Shown: positions 19,769 to 29,473 of the stretch, piece after piece
How positions within the stretch are numbered: the first letter of the stretch is position 1
How the letters are laid out: each line of letters starts with the position of its first letter
Assembly (NCBI GenBank): GCA_963713865.1
Contig: OY970208.1
Coordinates: 2,272,001-2,336,000 of the forward strand
Direction of reading: 5' to 3'
Source: an uncultured candidate division Zixibacteria bacterium
GTDB lineage: Bacteria; Zixibacteria; MSB-5A5; RBG-16-43-9
Length of the DNA: 64,000 nucleotides
Made by a program: the position numbers and the translations under genes
Notes under the pieces: model-generated
The model's database searches: none
Told to the model about the DNA's origin: nothing
What the model saw: only the letters and a program-made list of their open reading frames with translations

Positions 19769-20039
19769 TCCCGTGCACCCACCTTCGATCCCTCCTCTGA
19801 GGAGGTTACCAGACAGTCAGGCTCCAGCCAGGCATCCCTGCGGCACACTCCAGTATTCACTTACCGCTGCTACCTTCCGGTCCTGACGGGTTTGGGTGAG
19901 CTCAAGTTGCGCAGGACCTGACCTTCATCGTCTTTTACCTTTCCCCTCTCCCGGAGTAGAAAACCTCAGGTGGGGATTCGATCCCGGTATAGCGGATTCC
20001 GGGCAACAGGGCACCGCTAACTCCCCATCTAGCACGGGA
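19769..20039 (-). ncRNA. ffs: Signal recognition particle RNA, large (Alu-containing) bacterial type
   Basis: Helix 8 CCGTCAGGACCGGAAGGTAGCAGCGG; 5' Alu domain CCCGTGCTAGATGGGGAGTTAGCGGTGCCCTG; 5'/3' ends pair (CCCGTGC/GCACGGG); upstream of dnaX. Confidence 0.92.
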
Positions 20040-20139
20040 AAAGGAGACTTAATTCGCTTAAGGCGAATTAAATCTCCTGGTTTAATGGTTGATGGTTCAC
20101 GGTTCATATGAAAAAGCTCTGTCGAGATAAACACTAAAA

Positions 20140-20496
20140 TTACTTTCTTTCCCATCCTATAAATTCCCAGGATTTTTCCCTTACGGACTTCAATTCACAT
20201 TTACCAGATTGGTCAACTTTGTATGACATGACTACATTAACCTTGTATTTAGAACCTGTCTGGGAATCTATTACTATTAAGTTAACATCAAAATCTAGAT
20301 AATCATCCATCGTCTGTTGATCATTGATCTTAACCTCCAAAATATCAGATAAAGAATCAAACCTCCAGCCCATCTGAGAATCCTCAATTTTTCTTCCCAC
20401 TAAGTTCTTTCTGATTTGATTGACAGTCTGAGCAGATGAGCATTCTAACAATAACAAAAGCGAGATTACAATAAACTTGACTATTTTTACCCTCAT
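20140..20496 (-). CDS. Small exported hypothetical protein (possible lipoprotein)
   Basis: ATG 20496, basic N-terminus and hydrophobic stretch ending LLECSS. Confidence 0.6.
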   Translation of the reverse strand: MRVKIVKFIVISLLLLLECSSAQTVNQIRKNLVGRKIEDSQMGWRFDSLSDILEVKINDQQTMDDYLDFDVNLIVIDSQTGSKYKVNVVMSYKVDQSGKCELKSVREKSWEFIGWERK

Positions 20497-20591
20497 TTTC
20501 AGAACTTCTTGGATTACTGGCGGGTGGAGACAAGCTCCACCCCTACGCGAATTTAATCTGACCACTGAACACTATTCACTGACCACTATAA

Positions 20592-20664
20592 TGGAGCAGA
20601 GCGGGATCGAACCGCCGACCTCCTCGTTGCGAACGAGACGCTCTCCCAGCTGAGCTACTGCCCC
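20592..20664 (-). tRNA. tRNA-Ala(CGC), CCA not encoded
   Basis: GGGGCAGTAGCTCAGCTGGGAGAGCGTCTCGTT-CGC-AACGAGGAGGTCGGCGGTTCGATCCCGCTCTGCTCCA; G3:U70 pair. Confidence 0.95.
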
Positions 20665-20784
20665 AAGCAAGGCTGGTTTATAGTTCATAGTTAATAATTC
20701 ATAGAGCAAAAAAACATACGAACGAAATATCATTTAATCTGCAGAAAAAATCAAGAAGATTTTATTTTTATTTCTTTTGTTACA

Positions 20785-20813
20785 GTAGGGGCGGGTTTCA
20801 AACCCGCCCCTAC
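20785..20813. repeat. GTAG-type REP palindrome
   Basis: GTAGGGGCGGGTTT-C-AAACCCGCCCCTAC; near-identical copies at 12816 and 44209. Confidence 0.85.
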
Positions 20814-20912
20814 AAAAATTCGGTTTTCAATTGTGCCCTCATCAATGAAGAAAAAGTCGTCTTAAAAATAACCAGCAGTTAAGAATTGAAGATGGAAAGC
20901 TTTCCGCTACCT

Positions 20913-21983
20913 CTAAGGAATTATCTTAACTTTACCTGGCTGGTTTTCTTTCCCTTCTACTAAAATCTTCACCTGAAGAAATTGCTGCGTCACCCAGATG
21001 TTAGTTAAAAGATGCCGGCTTATCCTGGAGACTGAAAAATTTGATTCATCTTGAGCTAAAGCTAAAAAGGGAATCAACTGGTCAGCTAAATGCTCCTCAA
21101 TTGCACCAGAAGTATTCATAAAATCCAGAAAAGCTCTACAGGCTTCATCTGAAACCTGTTCAGCTCTTTTACCTAAAGCGCCTAAGGAGCTGAAGCCAGC
21201 AAATGAATTCTCAAAAGAAGCCAGGAGAAAAAAGAAAGTCCCCTTACCGATGGAGGAAGCATCCAAGATTTCCGTCTCCAGATTAAAATTATTATCTTTT
21301 CCTAAGGATCCCCGATTTTGGGTCTTGACGACAAATTGTGATAAAATTTTCTCTGCCTCTTGTTTTTGTCTTTGAGCTATGGGAATAGGGAGATTTAAGA
21401 CCACAGATAAACCTGAAACCTTTAACAGTTTTCCTCTTTCGATTAAATTTAGCGGTTTTATCTTTTCAACTGGTCTTATCTGACAAATTACTTCCCCTCC
21501 CCCTTTTGGATACCATCCCCATCTTTTTATCTCCATACTCAGATTCAGTCCTAAACTATTGAGTATTGGAAAAAGAACTTTCTGAAAGTAGGTAACCGGG
21601 GGACTAAACGGAACATGAGTCCCGCCTTTCAATCTGAGTTCAGATGGAGCGTCGGCTAAGCTCAAAGGTATAATAATAGATTGTAAAACCAGACAGACTG
21701 AACCAGCAGTCCCCACGTCAAAAAAAAGATTCCCACCTTTGATCTTTTTGGGGCAAAATTTTAAAATCTGAGATTGAAGTTTATCTCCTTCTATCTCAGC
21801 CTCAGAAATAGCTTGGGCAGCTTTGACACAGGTTAAATGCTGAGCCTGCAGTCCTGGTACTTTTCTGCCCTTGCGGATATTATAGATTTCAATATCTTTT
21901 TGAAGAACACAGGAGAGAGCTAAAGCAGTTCTCAAAATCTGCCCACCACCCTCACCATAATTTCCATCAATCCGTATACTCAT
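20913..21983 (-). CDS. rtcA: RNA 3'-terminal phosphate cyclase
   Basis: DGNYGEGGGQILR, PGLQAQH, GGTHVPFSP, GWYPKGGG, catalytic HLADQL. Confidence 0.95.
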   Translation of the reverse strand: MSIRIDGNYGEGGGQILRTALALSCVLQKDIEIYNIRKGRKVPGLQAQHLTCVKAAQAISEAEIEGDKLQSQILKFCPKKIKGGNLFFDVGTAGSVCLVLQSIIIPLSLADAPSELRLKGGTHVPFSPPVTYFQKVLFPILNSLGLNLSMEIKRWGWYPKGGGEVICQIRPVEKIKPLNLIERGKLLKVSGLSVVLNLPIPIAQRQKQEAEKILSQFVVKTQNRGSLGKDNNFNLETEILDASSIGKGTFFFLLASFENSFAGFSSLGALGKRAEQVSDEACRAFLDFMNTSGAIEEHLADQLIPFLALAQDESNFSVSRISRHLLTNIWVTQQFLQVKILVEGKENQPGKVKIIP

Positions 21984-22253
21984 AGGATCGTAAATGTCAT
22001 TCTGATCCCCGCCCTCGGCGGGGGAAGAATCTCAGTATCCGCAGGCTTTAGTTTGCGATAAGATACTTATGGAGTGCGACTGATACAGTATCCATCTGGA
22101 GATACTCCGTAATTCCCTCCCTTGATGGGAGGGATAAAGGGAGGGTGATATTTTCCCCTTGTTCCCCTCTCCCTAACCCTCTCCCGCAAGGGGAGAGGAA
22201 GTAGCGTTGCCACTACAGTGGCAACGAGGAACGTCCTCACGAGAATAAGGACG

Positions 22254-24851
22254 CTACAGTTTTCCTTTTATCAATTCCTCAAACGCTGGATAACCAGCTA
22301 AATTCTTGTACCATGGGTGTAGTTTTATGTAAGCTGGAGTTAAAAAATTGTTTTTAACTAAGAAATCCAGCATACGCACTGCCTCTTCTTTTTGTCCTAT
22401 GAGGGAATAAACAAAGCTGAGGGAGGATACGTCCCCAGACCAAAGCACAGTTAAAAGGGAGGTCCCTAAACTTTTCCTTACCCTTTCTGCTTGCTCCACC
22501 GCTTTTCTGGATTCTCCCTTCAATACATAGACCAAGGCTATTCTTATACGATACCCATATTCATTGGGCATGCCTTCAAATTCTTTGATTAAAGGTCGAT
22601 TGAACTGAATGCAGGAATCAAGATATATTTCCGCCTGCTTCTTGTTTCCTTTCATAAGCTCTAAGTAACTCAATTCCACAAACCAGTCCTCACCTGGATT
22701 TTGTTTGCGGTATTCATCTAAATAATAAAATGCGCTGTCGGCCTCTCCAGACATCCAAAAAATATAACTCAAGTTGGATAGAGGAAAAGTATATTGGGGA
22801 TTAACATTCAGAGACTTATGAGCCATTCTTTTTGCTTGCTCCAACTCACCTCGTGACAAGTAGTAATAACTCATGTTATCATATATAAGCGGATTGCTAG
22901 GTTGAAGCTCTAATCCTTTGTTAAAATATTCCTCTACCTTCTCTTTTTTCCCCCAGACTCTGTAAAGTCCTATAAACTCACTAAATAAAGAGGGTTCAGT
23001 AGGCTTCACATCTAAAGCTTTCATTAAGGAACTCTCAGCTTTTGGATATTGACCAGTATAAGTGTACCACCCTCCCAAAAGCCTCCAGGCTTCTCCATAA
23101 TTGGGATTGGCTTTGACTGCTTCTTCAGCCTCTTGTATGGCTTTTTCGGTTTTCCCCTCTACCCAGTATAGCCTGGAAAGGGAACGATGAGCCTCGGCTA
23201 AGTTAGGGTCGATAGTTAATGCTTTAAGTCCAGCTTTTTCAGCTTTTTCGAGCCAGGATTTCTTGGGGTCAATATAGAACATCACATAACTGGAATAACA
23301 GTCCGATAACCCTGCATAGGCTAAAGCAAAATTGGAATCAGCTTCCAAAGCCTTCTCAAACATCCTGGTCGATAGTTCCAAGCCTTCTTTGGTCGAACTT
23401 CCTCCTCCGAAATAATATTCCCGTCCCTGTAGGTAGTAGTTGTAAGCCTGCACATTCTGCGTGGGTTTGTTTTCAATCCTTTCTACTTCAGCTGGAGCAA
23501 GGGCAACCTTCAGTGCCTGAGCCACTGCCTTGGCTACATCTGCCTGAATGGCAAATAAATCCTCCATCTGCCTATCATAACTTTCTGCCCAAACGTGGAA
23601 GCCATCACTTGCCTTAATCAACTGGCAGGCAATCCTAATTTTGTCCCCATATTTGCGGACAGATCCTTCCATTACGTAGTTAACCTTTAACTTGTCAGCT
23701 ACCTCTCTAAGCTTGACCGTCTTACCCTTGAACTCCTCAACATCACTTCTGGAAAGTACTCGCAAGCCCCTGATTTTGGATAGCTGGGTGATAATATCTT
23801 CGGTCATACCAGCGGCAAAATATTCATCCTCTTTGTTTTCAGAGAGATTTTGAAGATACAAGACTGCTATAGAAGGTTTGCCAGAAACAGTAGTCGGCTC
23901 TTTATGTTTCAAAAACGCAAAGTAAACTATTATCAGAATCAAAATCGCCAGCACCCCTACCAACAATGGAACAGTCTTCTTTTTAACTAACTTCGAAACC
24001 TCGGCTGGCTGAGTCGTCACGGCAGTTTTAACATACTCCAAACTCTTTTTCTCTCTTCTTAAATCTGCCAGAAGATCATCTATATGCTGATACCTCTCAT
24101 CTTTTTCTTTTGCCAAAGCTTTGGATACTATATCCTCTAACTTCACTGAAACCTGGTTGTTATATCTGGCTATTGGCTGTGGCTCTTCGTTGATTATCGA
24201 GTAAACAATTGCTGCTTGATGTTCTCCACTAAAGGGAAGTTTCCCGGTTAAAAGCTCATATAAGACAACTCCAAAAGAGAAAATATCACTTCTCTGGTCT
24301 ACCTCTTCGCTTTGAGCTTGTTCAGGGGACATATAGGCTAAAGTTCCTAAGGTCGAGCGCGTTTTAGTTAGTTTAGTTGCTCCTTTCAGTTTTGCCAGAC
24401 CAAAATCCATTATCTTCACTTGACTCCGGGGAGTAAGCATTATATTATCCGATTTGATATCCCGGTGCACTATCCCCTTCTCATGAGCGACGGTCAACCC
24501 CTCGCACACCTGTATCCCGATATCTAAAATCTTCTTTACAGAAAGTGTTTCTTTCTCAATAATTTGCTTCAGAGTTTTTCCCTCAACATATTCCATAGCA
24601 ATGAATAATCCCTCAGGACTTTCCTCTATCCCATAAATAGTAGTGACATTAGGATGGTTCAGAGCTGAGGCTGATTGCGCCTCGTGGATAAAGCGAGCTT
24701 TTTCTTCGGAGCTGTCAGAAATATGGGGAGGTAAAAACTTCAAAGCTACCAGACGTTGAAGTTGGATATCCTGGGCTTTATAGACCACACCCATTCCACC
24801 CTCCCCTAATTTCTCCAAAATCTTATAATGAGAGATTGTCTTACCAATCAT
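22254..24851 (-). CDS. Ser/Thr protein kinase with TM helix, TolB-N-like domain and TPR repeats
   Basis: [33 protein letters not shown] near residues 297-316; SIAVLYLQNLS; TPRs. Confidence 0.93.
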   Translation of the reverse strand: MIGKTISHYKILEKLGEGGMGVVYKAQDIQLQRLVALKFLPPHISDSSEEKARFIHEAQSASALNHPNVTTIYGIEESPEGLFIAMEYVEGKTLKQIIEKETLSVKKILDIGIQVCEGLTVAHEKGIVHRDIKSDNIMLTPRSQVKIMDFGLAKLKGATKLTKTRSTLGTLAYMSPEQAQSEEVDQRSDIFSFGVVLYELLTGKLPFSGEHQAAIVYSIINEEPQPIARYNNQVSVKLEDIVSKALAKEKDERYQHIDDLLADLRREKKSLEYVKTAVTTQPAEVSKLVKKKTVPLLVGVLAILILIIVYFAFLKHKEPTTVSGKPSIAVLYLQNLSENKEDEYFAAGMTEDIITQLSKIRGLRVLSRSDVEEFKGKTVKLREVADKLKVNYVMEGSVRKYGDKIRIACQLIKASDGFHVWAESYDRQMEDLFAIQADVAKAVAQALKVALAPAEVERIENKPTQNVQAYNYYLQGREYYFGGGSSTKEGLELSTRMFEKALEADSNFALAYAGLSDCYSSYVMFYIDPKKSWLEKAEKAGLKALTIDPNLAEAHRSLSRLYWVEGKTEKAIQEAEEAVKANPNYGEAWRLLGGWYTYTGQYPKAESSLMKALDVKPTEPSLFSEFIGLYRVWGKKEKVEEYFNKGLELQPSNPLIYDNMSYYYLSRGELEQAKRMAHKSLNVNPQYTFPLSNLSYIFWMSGEADSAFYYLDEYRKQNPGEDWFVELSYLELMKGNKKQAEIYLDSCIQFNRPLIKEFEGMPNEYGYRIRIALVYVLKGESRKAVEQAERVRKSLGTSLLTVLWSGDVSSLSFVYSLIGQKEEAVRMLDFLVKNNFLTPAYIKLHPWYKNLAGYPAFEELIKGKL

Positions 24852-24853
24852 CT

Positions 24854-27083
24854 TCACACCTCAGAATGTTCCCATTCGTATTTCACGCGTTCCATTAGCT
24901 TCTTGAAACGCTCCTCGCCACGGAGGTTATCGAGATACTGATTTCGCTCAAGCTCCGGGTAATTGATAAAGCCCTTATTGACTGCGTTCTCCAGCCAATC
25001 CAGAGATTCCTCTCTGGCATCACTTAGAGCGAGCATGATTGCAACAAAACATGACCATTGATGATCCCTTCTGCATGTTTTCTGGAAATCCGGGGTCATT
25101 TCCTGGAGGGCTTTTTCTCTATCCTTCAGCAATCCGTATTTCAATAGGAGAGCGAACTTAGTGCACACATTATCAGGAGTCGCTTTTGCACTCTGATCAA
25201 TAATCGAAAACGCTTTGTCGAACTGCTTGATGTATGCCAGATTCCAGAACATAAAAGAATTGAGCAATGGGACTCTCAGGGTCTGATTGATACCATTGGC
25301 GGGTTTGCTCAAGTGCAAGTTCGTATTGACCATCATAGAAATGGAACGTTCCCTGGAGACTACAGTTCCAACTATCCAGGGGATTAACTTGTTTGAATCT
25401 TTGCATGAGCGGAATTGCGGCATGGAGCTTCCCGACTGAGATTATATATAAGATCGGGAGATGCTTCAAAGCATCCGAATCATTCGGATTCACAGCAAGC
25501 GCCATTCTGAATTGGTGTATCCCCTCTCGCACATTTCCGTAAAAAGCCATATTGAGCATTCCGATAACAACATGGGCTTGGGGAGAGTCGGGATCGATGG
25601 CCAGAGCCTTTTGAGCAAATTCCTCTGCTTTTACAATGTAATCCTCTTGGGCAGCTCCGATATTGACATATTGCCAATAAACATAGGCCATACCCGAATA
25701 GAGAAGGGCATTATCGCCGACAATATCAAGGGCGTGCTGAAGATATCGGACGGCACGATCAAGAGCATCTTCCGTAAAACGCCAGATATCCTGGTTGGCT
25801 TTGAGATAGCACTCATAAGCCGCAACATTATCAATAGGTCTCTCGGACATTCTCTGCTGCTCTTCGGATGTGAGCCTTAGCTTAAGGGCATCTACGATTG
25901 CCCGGGAAACTTTCTCCTGAATGTCGAACACATCGTCCAGCGTTCCAGAATACTTCTCAGCCCAAAGGTGTGCATCACTTTCTGCATCAATTAACTGTGC
26001 TGTAATGCGTAGGCTATTGCCTGCTTTTCTAACACTCCCCTCCAGCACATACTGCACGTCAAGCTCTCTGGCTATTTCCGGGATTTTCCTCTTCGTCCCT
26101 TTGAACGTCATAGCAGAACTCCGGGAGATCACGCGGAGAATACGAACGTTCGAGAGATCAGAGATCACTTCCTCGGTCAGACCATCGCTAAAGTATTCCT
26201 GGTCCGGATCAGGGCTCAGGTTCTCGAATGGTAGCACAACGATCGACTTCTCCTGCCGCGGCAACTGTATGCCAGGTGCTTTCACCCTCTTCAACTCAGG
26301 AGTTATCTCCACGATACTCTGGTAACGCTTGGTTCTGTCCTTCTCCAGTGCCCTCTTAATAATTCTCTCAAGCTGCAGAGGTGTATCCGCACGCAGAGAG
26401 ATTACCGACTGCGGTTCCTCGTGCAAAATGGAATAGACCAACGCTTGCTCATACTCACTCTTGAATGGTAACCGATCGGTTATCATCTCGTACATCACAA
26501 CTCCCAAAGACCAGATGTCCGTCCTGGCATCCACTTCTTCTCCTCGGGCTTGCTCTGGAGACATATAAGCAACTGTCCCTAAGGTTGAACCGGTTTTAGT
26601 TATTTTGGACACTCCCCTAAGTTTCGCTAACCCAAAATCCATAATTTTTATCTGCCCGCGAGAAGTAAGCATTATGTTATCCGATTTGATATCCCGGTGA
26701 ACAATCCCCTTCTCATGGGCTATTGTCAAACCTTCACTAATCTGGATGGCTATCTCTAAAACTTCCTTTAAAGATAGAGTTTTTTCTTTCAGAAGCTCCT
26801 TGAGTGATTTGCCTTCAACATATTCCATTGCTATGAAACATTCACCCTCAAATTCATCAATCTCATGAATTGTAGTTATGTTCGGATGATTCAGGGAAGA
26901 GGCGGCTTTGGCTTCATGCTCGAATCGAATTTTAGCTTCATTATCGCACAGAAGATACTTTGGTAGGAACTTTAAAGCCACTGTTCTATCTAACTTAGTG
27001 TCCCGGGCTTTATAGACCACTCCCATTCCGCCTTCACCAAGTTTTTCCAAGATGTTGTAATGAGAAATGGTTCTACCAATCAT
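24854..27083 (-). CDS. Soluble Ser/Thr protein kinase with TolB-N-like domain and TPR repeats; one +1 frameshift near 25248
   Basis: Kinase motifs, SIVVLPFENLS; ORFs 25197..27083 and 24854..25423 join as ...AQFFYVWNLAYIKQ... after removing one base; ends VKYEWEHSEV*. Confidence 0.88.
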
Positions 27084-27096
27084 TTTCTAGCTCCGG

Positions 27097-27221
27097 TAGC
27101 CGCAGACTTTAATCTGCGCTCTTTTTTTACCCTTCCCTGCAGTGAAGGAATTGGGTGAGGTCAATTTCAGCTTTACGATATTACCCATCTTACCCCTTCG
27201 CAAGCTAAAGCTTGCGGCTAC
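27097..27221. repeat. Inverted pair of GTAGCCGCAG REP hairpins upstream of the kinase array
   Basis: GTAGCCGCAGACTTTAATCTGCG ... CGCAAGCTAAAGCTTGCGGCTAC; related copies at about 22035, 30682, 38803 and 41717. Confidence 0.7.
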
Positions 27222-27349
27222 TTTGTAAGACTATGCCCTTAATAAATTGAGAAGTTATTTGATTGTCAACTAAAAAAGGCAGGGCAATTGCCTTGCCTTA
27301 GCTTCGAGAGTTCCTGCCCCTCTTAGAAATTAACTTCACTCAGGTTAAA

Positions 27350-29458
27350 CTACTTCGGAAGCTCGATCAGTTTATCTTCATAACCATCGTAGAAATCGTG
27401 ACAGGTCAAAAGTAAAATCTGATATTTTTTGGAAAGCGATTTTAAAAGCTTTAAAGCATTTTTCCTTCTATGCTTATCGAAAGTAACAAACGGGTCATCC
27501 ATAATCACCACCGGCTTTTTATTTTCCGAGATCAGGTTCAGCAAGGCTATCCTGCAGGCAAGGTAAATCTGGTCTAATGTTCCCCGGGAAAGATACTTTT
27601 GCGGGTCAACCCAGTCATTCAGTTCATTTGAAAAGACCTCAAATTTGAAACTATTCTTATCAAACCTGACCTGATTATATTTTCCATTAGTTATATCCTT
27701 TAAGAGTTTGGAAGTTTCCTCCTCCAGAGTTCCGGTAGAAGAATCTATCACCTTTCTCCTGGCTTCCTCTAAGCTCTCTAAGGTTATTTCATATACCTCT
27801 ATTTTTTTCCTTAGTTCCTCTAAAGTCTTTTGAGTTTGCTCTAATCTTTCCTCCAGGCTTGCCTCTAACTCAGCCCCGGACTCTGCCATCTCTAACTCTT
27901 TATTGAGAGTAACAGATTTAAGCTCTAAATTCCTTTTATTCTCCTCTAATTCTTTAACCCCTTTCTGGAAAAGTATAAATTCTTCTCTTTTCAAAAAGTA
28001 TGGCTCTAAATCTTTGGTCTTCTCATCCCATAAAGCTAATTCTCTGGTTACCTCCTTCAGCTCATTTTCTAACTCCCTGGCGTTTTTTCCACCTAACCAG
28101 CCTTCATATCTGGAGAGCTCGTTTTTTATCTCACGGTCTATATCCCGGTAATGTTCATAGTTTTCCCTCAATATCTGGGAGGAGATCAGATCATATTTTT
28201 TCAAAACTCCCTTCAAGGAGTGAGTTAACTCGTAGGTATCTTTTTCCAATTCCTGGAAACGAGCTGTTTTCTGTTCCAACTGTTGAGCGTAGAAGTTTCC
28301 TTCACTCTTTTGCACGAGTAATTTGAACCCGGAGATAGAGAACAAAACAAAAGATAGTCCTGCTCCTGCCCAGAAGAACGGTTTGATAGATAATGCTAAC
28401 AGGATTAAAAGTAGAGTTAAACCTAAAGTGGAAAAAGCAAAAATTTTCAAAGTCTGGCTCGGAGTTGAAGCCACAAGCACACTCTTAAGCTCCTCCTCCT
28501 CCCTGACCAGTTCGACCTTCTTGTCTTCTAAGAATTTTAACTTTACTTCTAACTCGTCTACCTTATCTTTATCCTCCCTGTTCACCGCCACATATTTAGA
28601 AGCCTCCTCTCTCAGCTTCCGCACCACCCTTTCTGAATTCTGGGTCTGTTTGATCCGGGTGTTTAAGTCGTGAAATCTTTCTTCTAACTCCCTCTGTTTT
28701 TCCTCCAGGTTAGAAGCCTTTTCAGCTTTTTCTAATAACTCTTTTTTGACCTCTAATTCCCTTTGGACTTTCGCCAGATTAGAAGAAACTTCTGTTAGCT
28801 CACTTTTGCTTTCCCTGATCTTTTTGTTCTGATTCTTAACCTTTTCTAACTCATAAAGGAGCTCTTCTTTATCTATTTCATATTTCTGAATTATCCCCAG
28901 GTTTTTTGTTCCAACCTTTTTTAAGTCTCCTAATTTCTCCTTGAGATGCTCGATAATCGTAGAGGCCTTTACTTTCTCTTCCCCTCCGGTTACCATGCTC
29001 TCTAATTTATCCTTAACCGCCTCTACGCTTGAATCCAGGCGAGACATCTCATCCTGCTGAACGCAGGCGGTGGCTAAAAAAATCTCTTTGGAGGGGATTC
29101 CTATCCTTTGATTTATAATCTCTTCAACCCCTTTCTTGTCCTCCCAGGTCTCTCCGGTTGGCTTCTTGAAGAGCTTAAGGGAGCCACTATCGAAATTTTT
29201 CTCCAGGCTATAAGAATTTCCATCTACCTCAAAATCCAGTTCAGTCTCAAAATCTTTTTGAAAACCCCAGGAGGTTTTCTCTTTCAACTCTTTTTTCTGG
29301 GATTTGGGATCGTCATACAGGGCACAGGTCAAAGCCTCAACCAGTGTAGATTTACCAGCTTCGTTATCCCCTTTGATCAGATTGATCCCGGAGTTGAACC
29401 CCATCTCGAGTTCATCAAACTTGCCATATCTTTTGAGATTTAACTTTTCTATTTTCAT
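27350..29458 (-). CDS. Rad50/SbcC-like (YhaN-type) SMC-family ATPase with central transmembrane hairpin
   Basis: Walker A GDNEAGKST, coiled coils, two central hydrophobic helices, signature LSRGTLDQ, Walker B IMDDPFVTFD, LTCH. Confidence 0.88.
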   Translation of the reverse strand: MKIEKLNLKRYGKFDELEMGFNSGINLIKGDNEAGKSTLVEALTCALYDDPKSQKKELKEKTSWGFQKDFETELDFEVDGNSYSLEKNFDSGSLKLFKKPTGETWEDKKGVEEIINQRIGIPSKEIFLATACVQQDEMSRLDSSVEAVKDKLESMVTGGEEKVKASTIIEHLKEKLGDLKKVGTKNLGIIQKYEIDKEELLYELEKVKNQNKKIRESKSELTEVSSNLAKVQRELEVKKELLEKAEKASNLEEKQRELEERFHDLNTRIKQTQNSERVVRKLREEASKYVAVNREDKDKVDELEVKLKFLEDKKVELVREEEELKSVLVASTPSQTLKIFAFSTLGLTLLLILLALSIKPFFWAGAGLSFVLFSISGFKLLVQKSEGNFYAQQLEQKTARFQELEKDTYELTHSLKGVLKKYDLISSQILRENYEHYRDIDREIKNELSRYEGWLGGKNARELENELKEVTRELALWDEKTKDLEPYFLKREEFILFQKGVKELEENKRNLELKSVTLNKELEMAESGAELEASLEERLEQTQKTLEELRKKIEVYEITLESLEEARRKVIDSSTGTLEEETSKLLKDITNGKYNQVRFDKNSFKFEVFSNELNDWVDPQKYLSRGTLDQIYLACRIALLNLISENKKPVVIMDDPFVTFDKHRRKNALKLLKSLSKKYQILLLTCHDFYDGYEDKLIELPK

Positions 29459-29473
29459 TTTTAAAATCCTTTT

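Noticed and set aside
19896-20155. ORFs 19896..20111 and 19925..20155
   Set aside because: They overlap the SRP RNA and repeats and have no protein features.
20592-20664. tRNA-Ala as a prophage or island attachment site
   Set aside because: No integrase and no duplicated tRNA 3' end noticed in the window.
20913-21983. Complete Rtc RNA repair operon
   Set aside because: No rtcB, rtcR or Ro/Y-RNA genes adjacent; rtcA stands alone.
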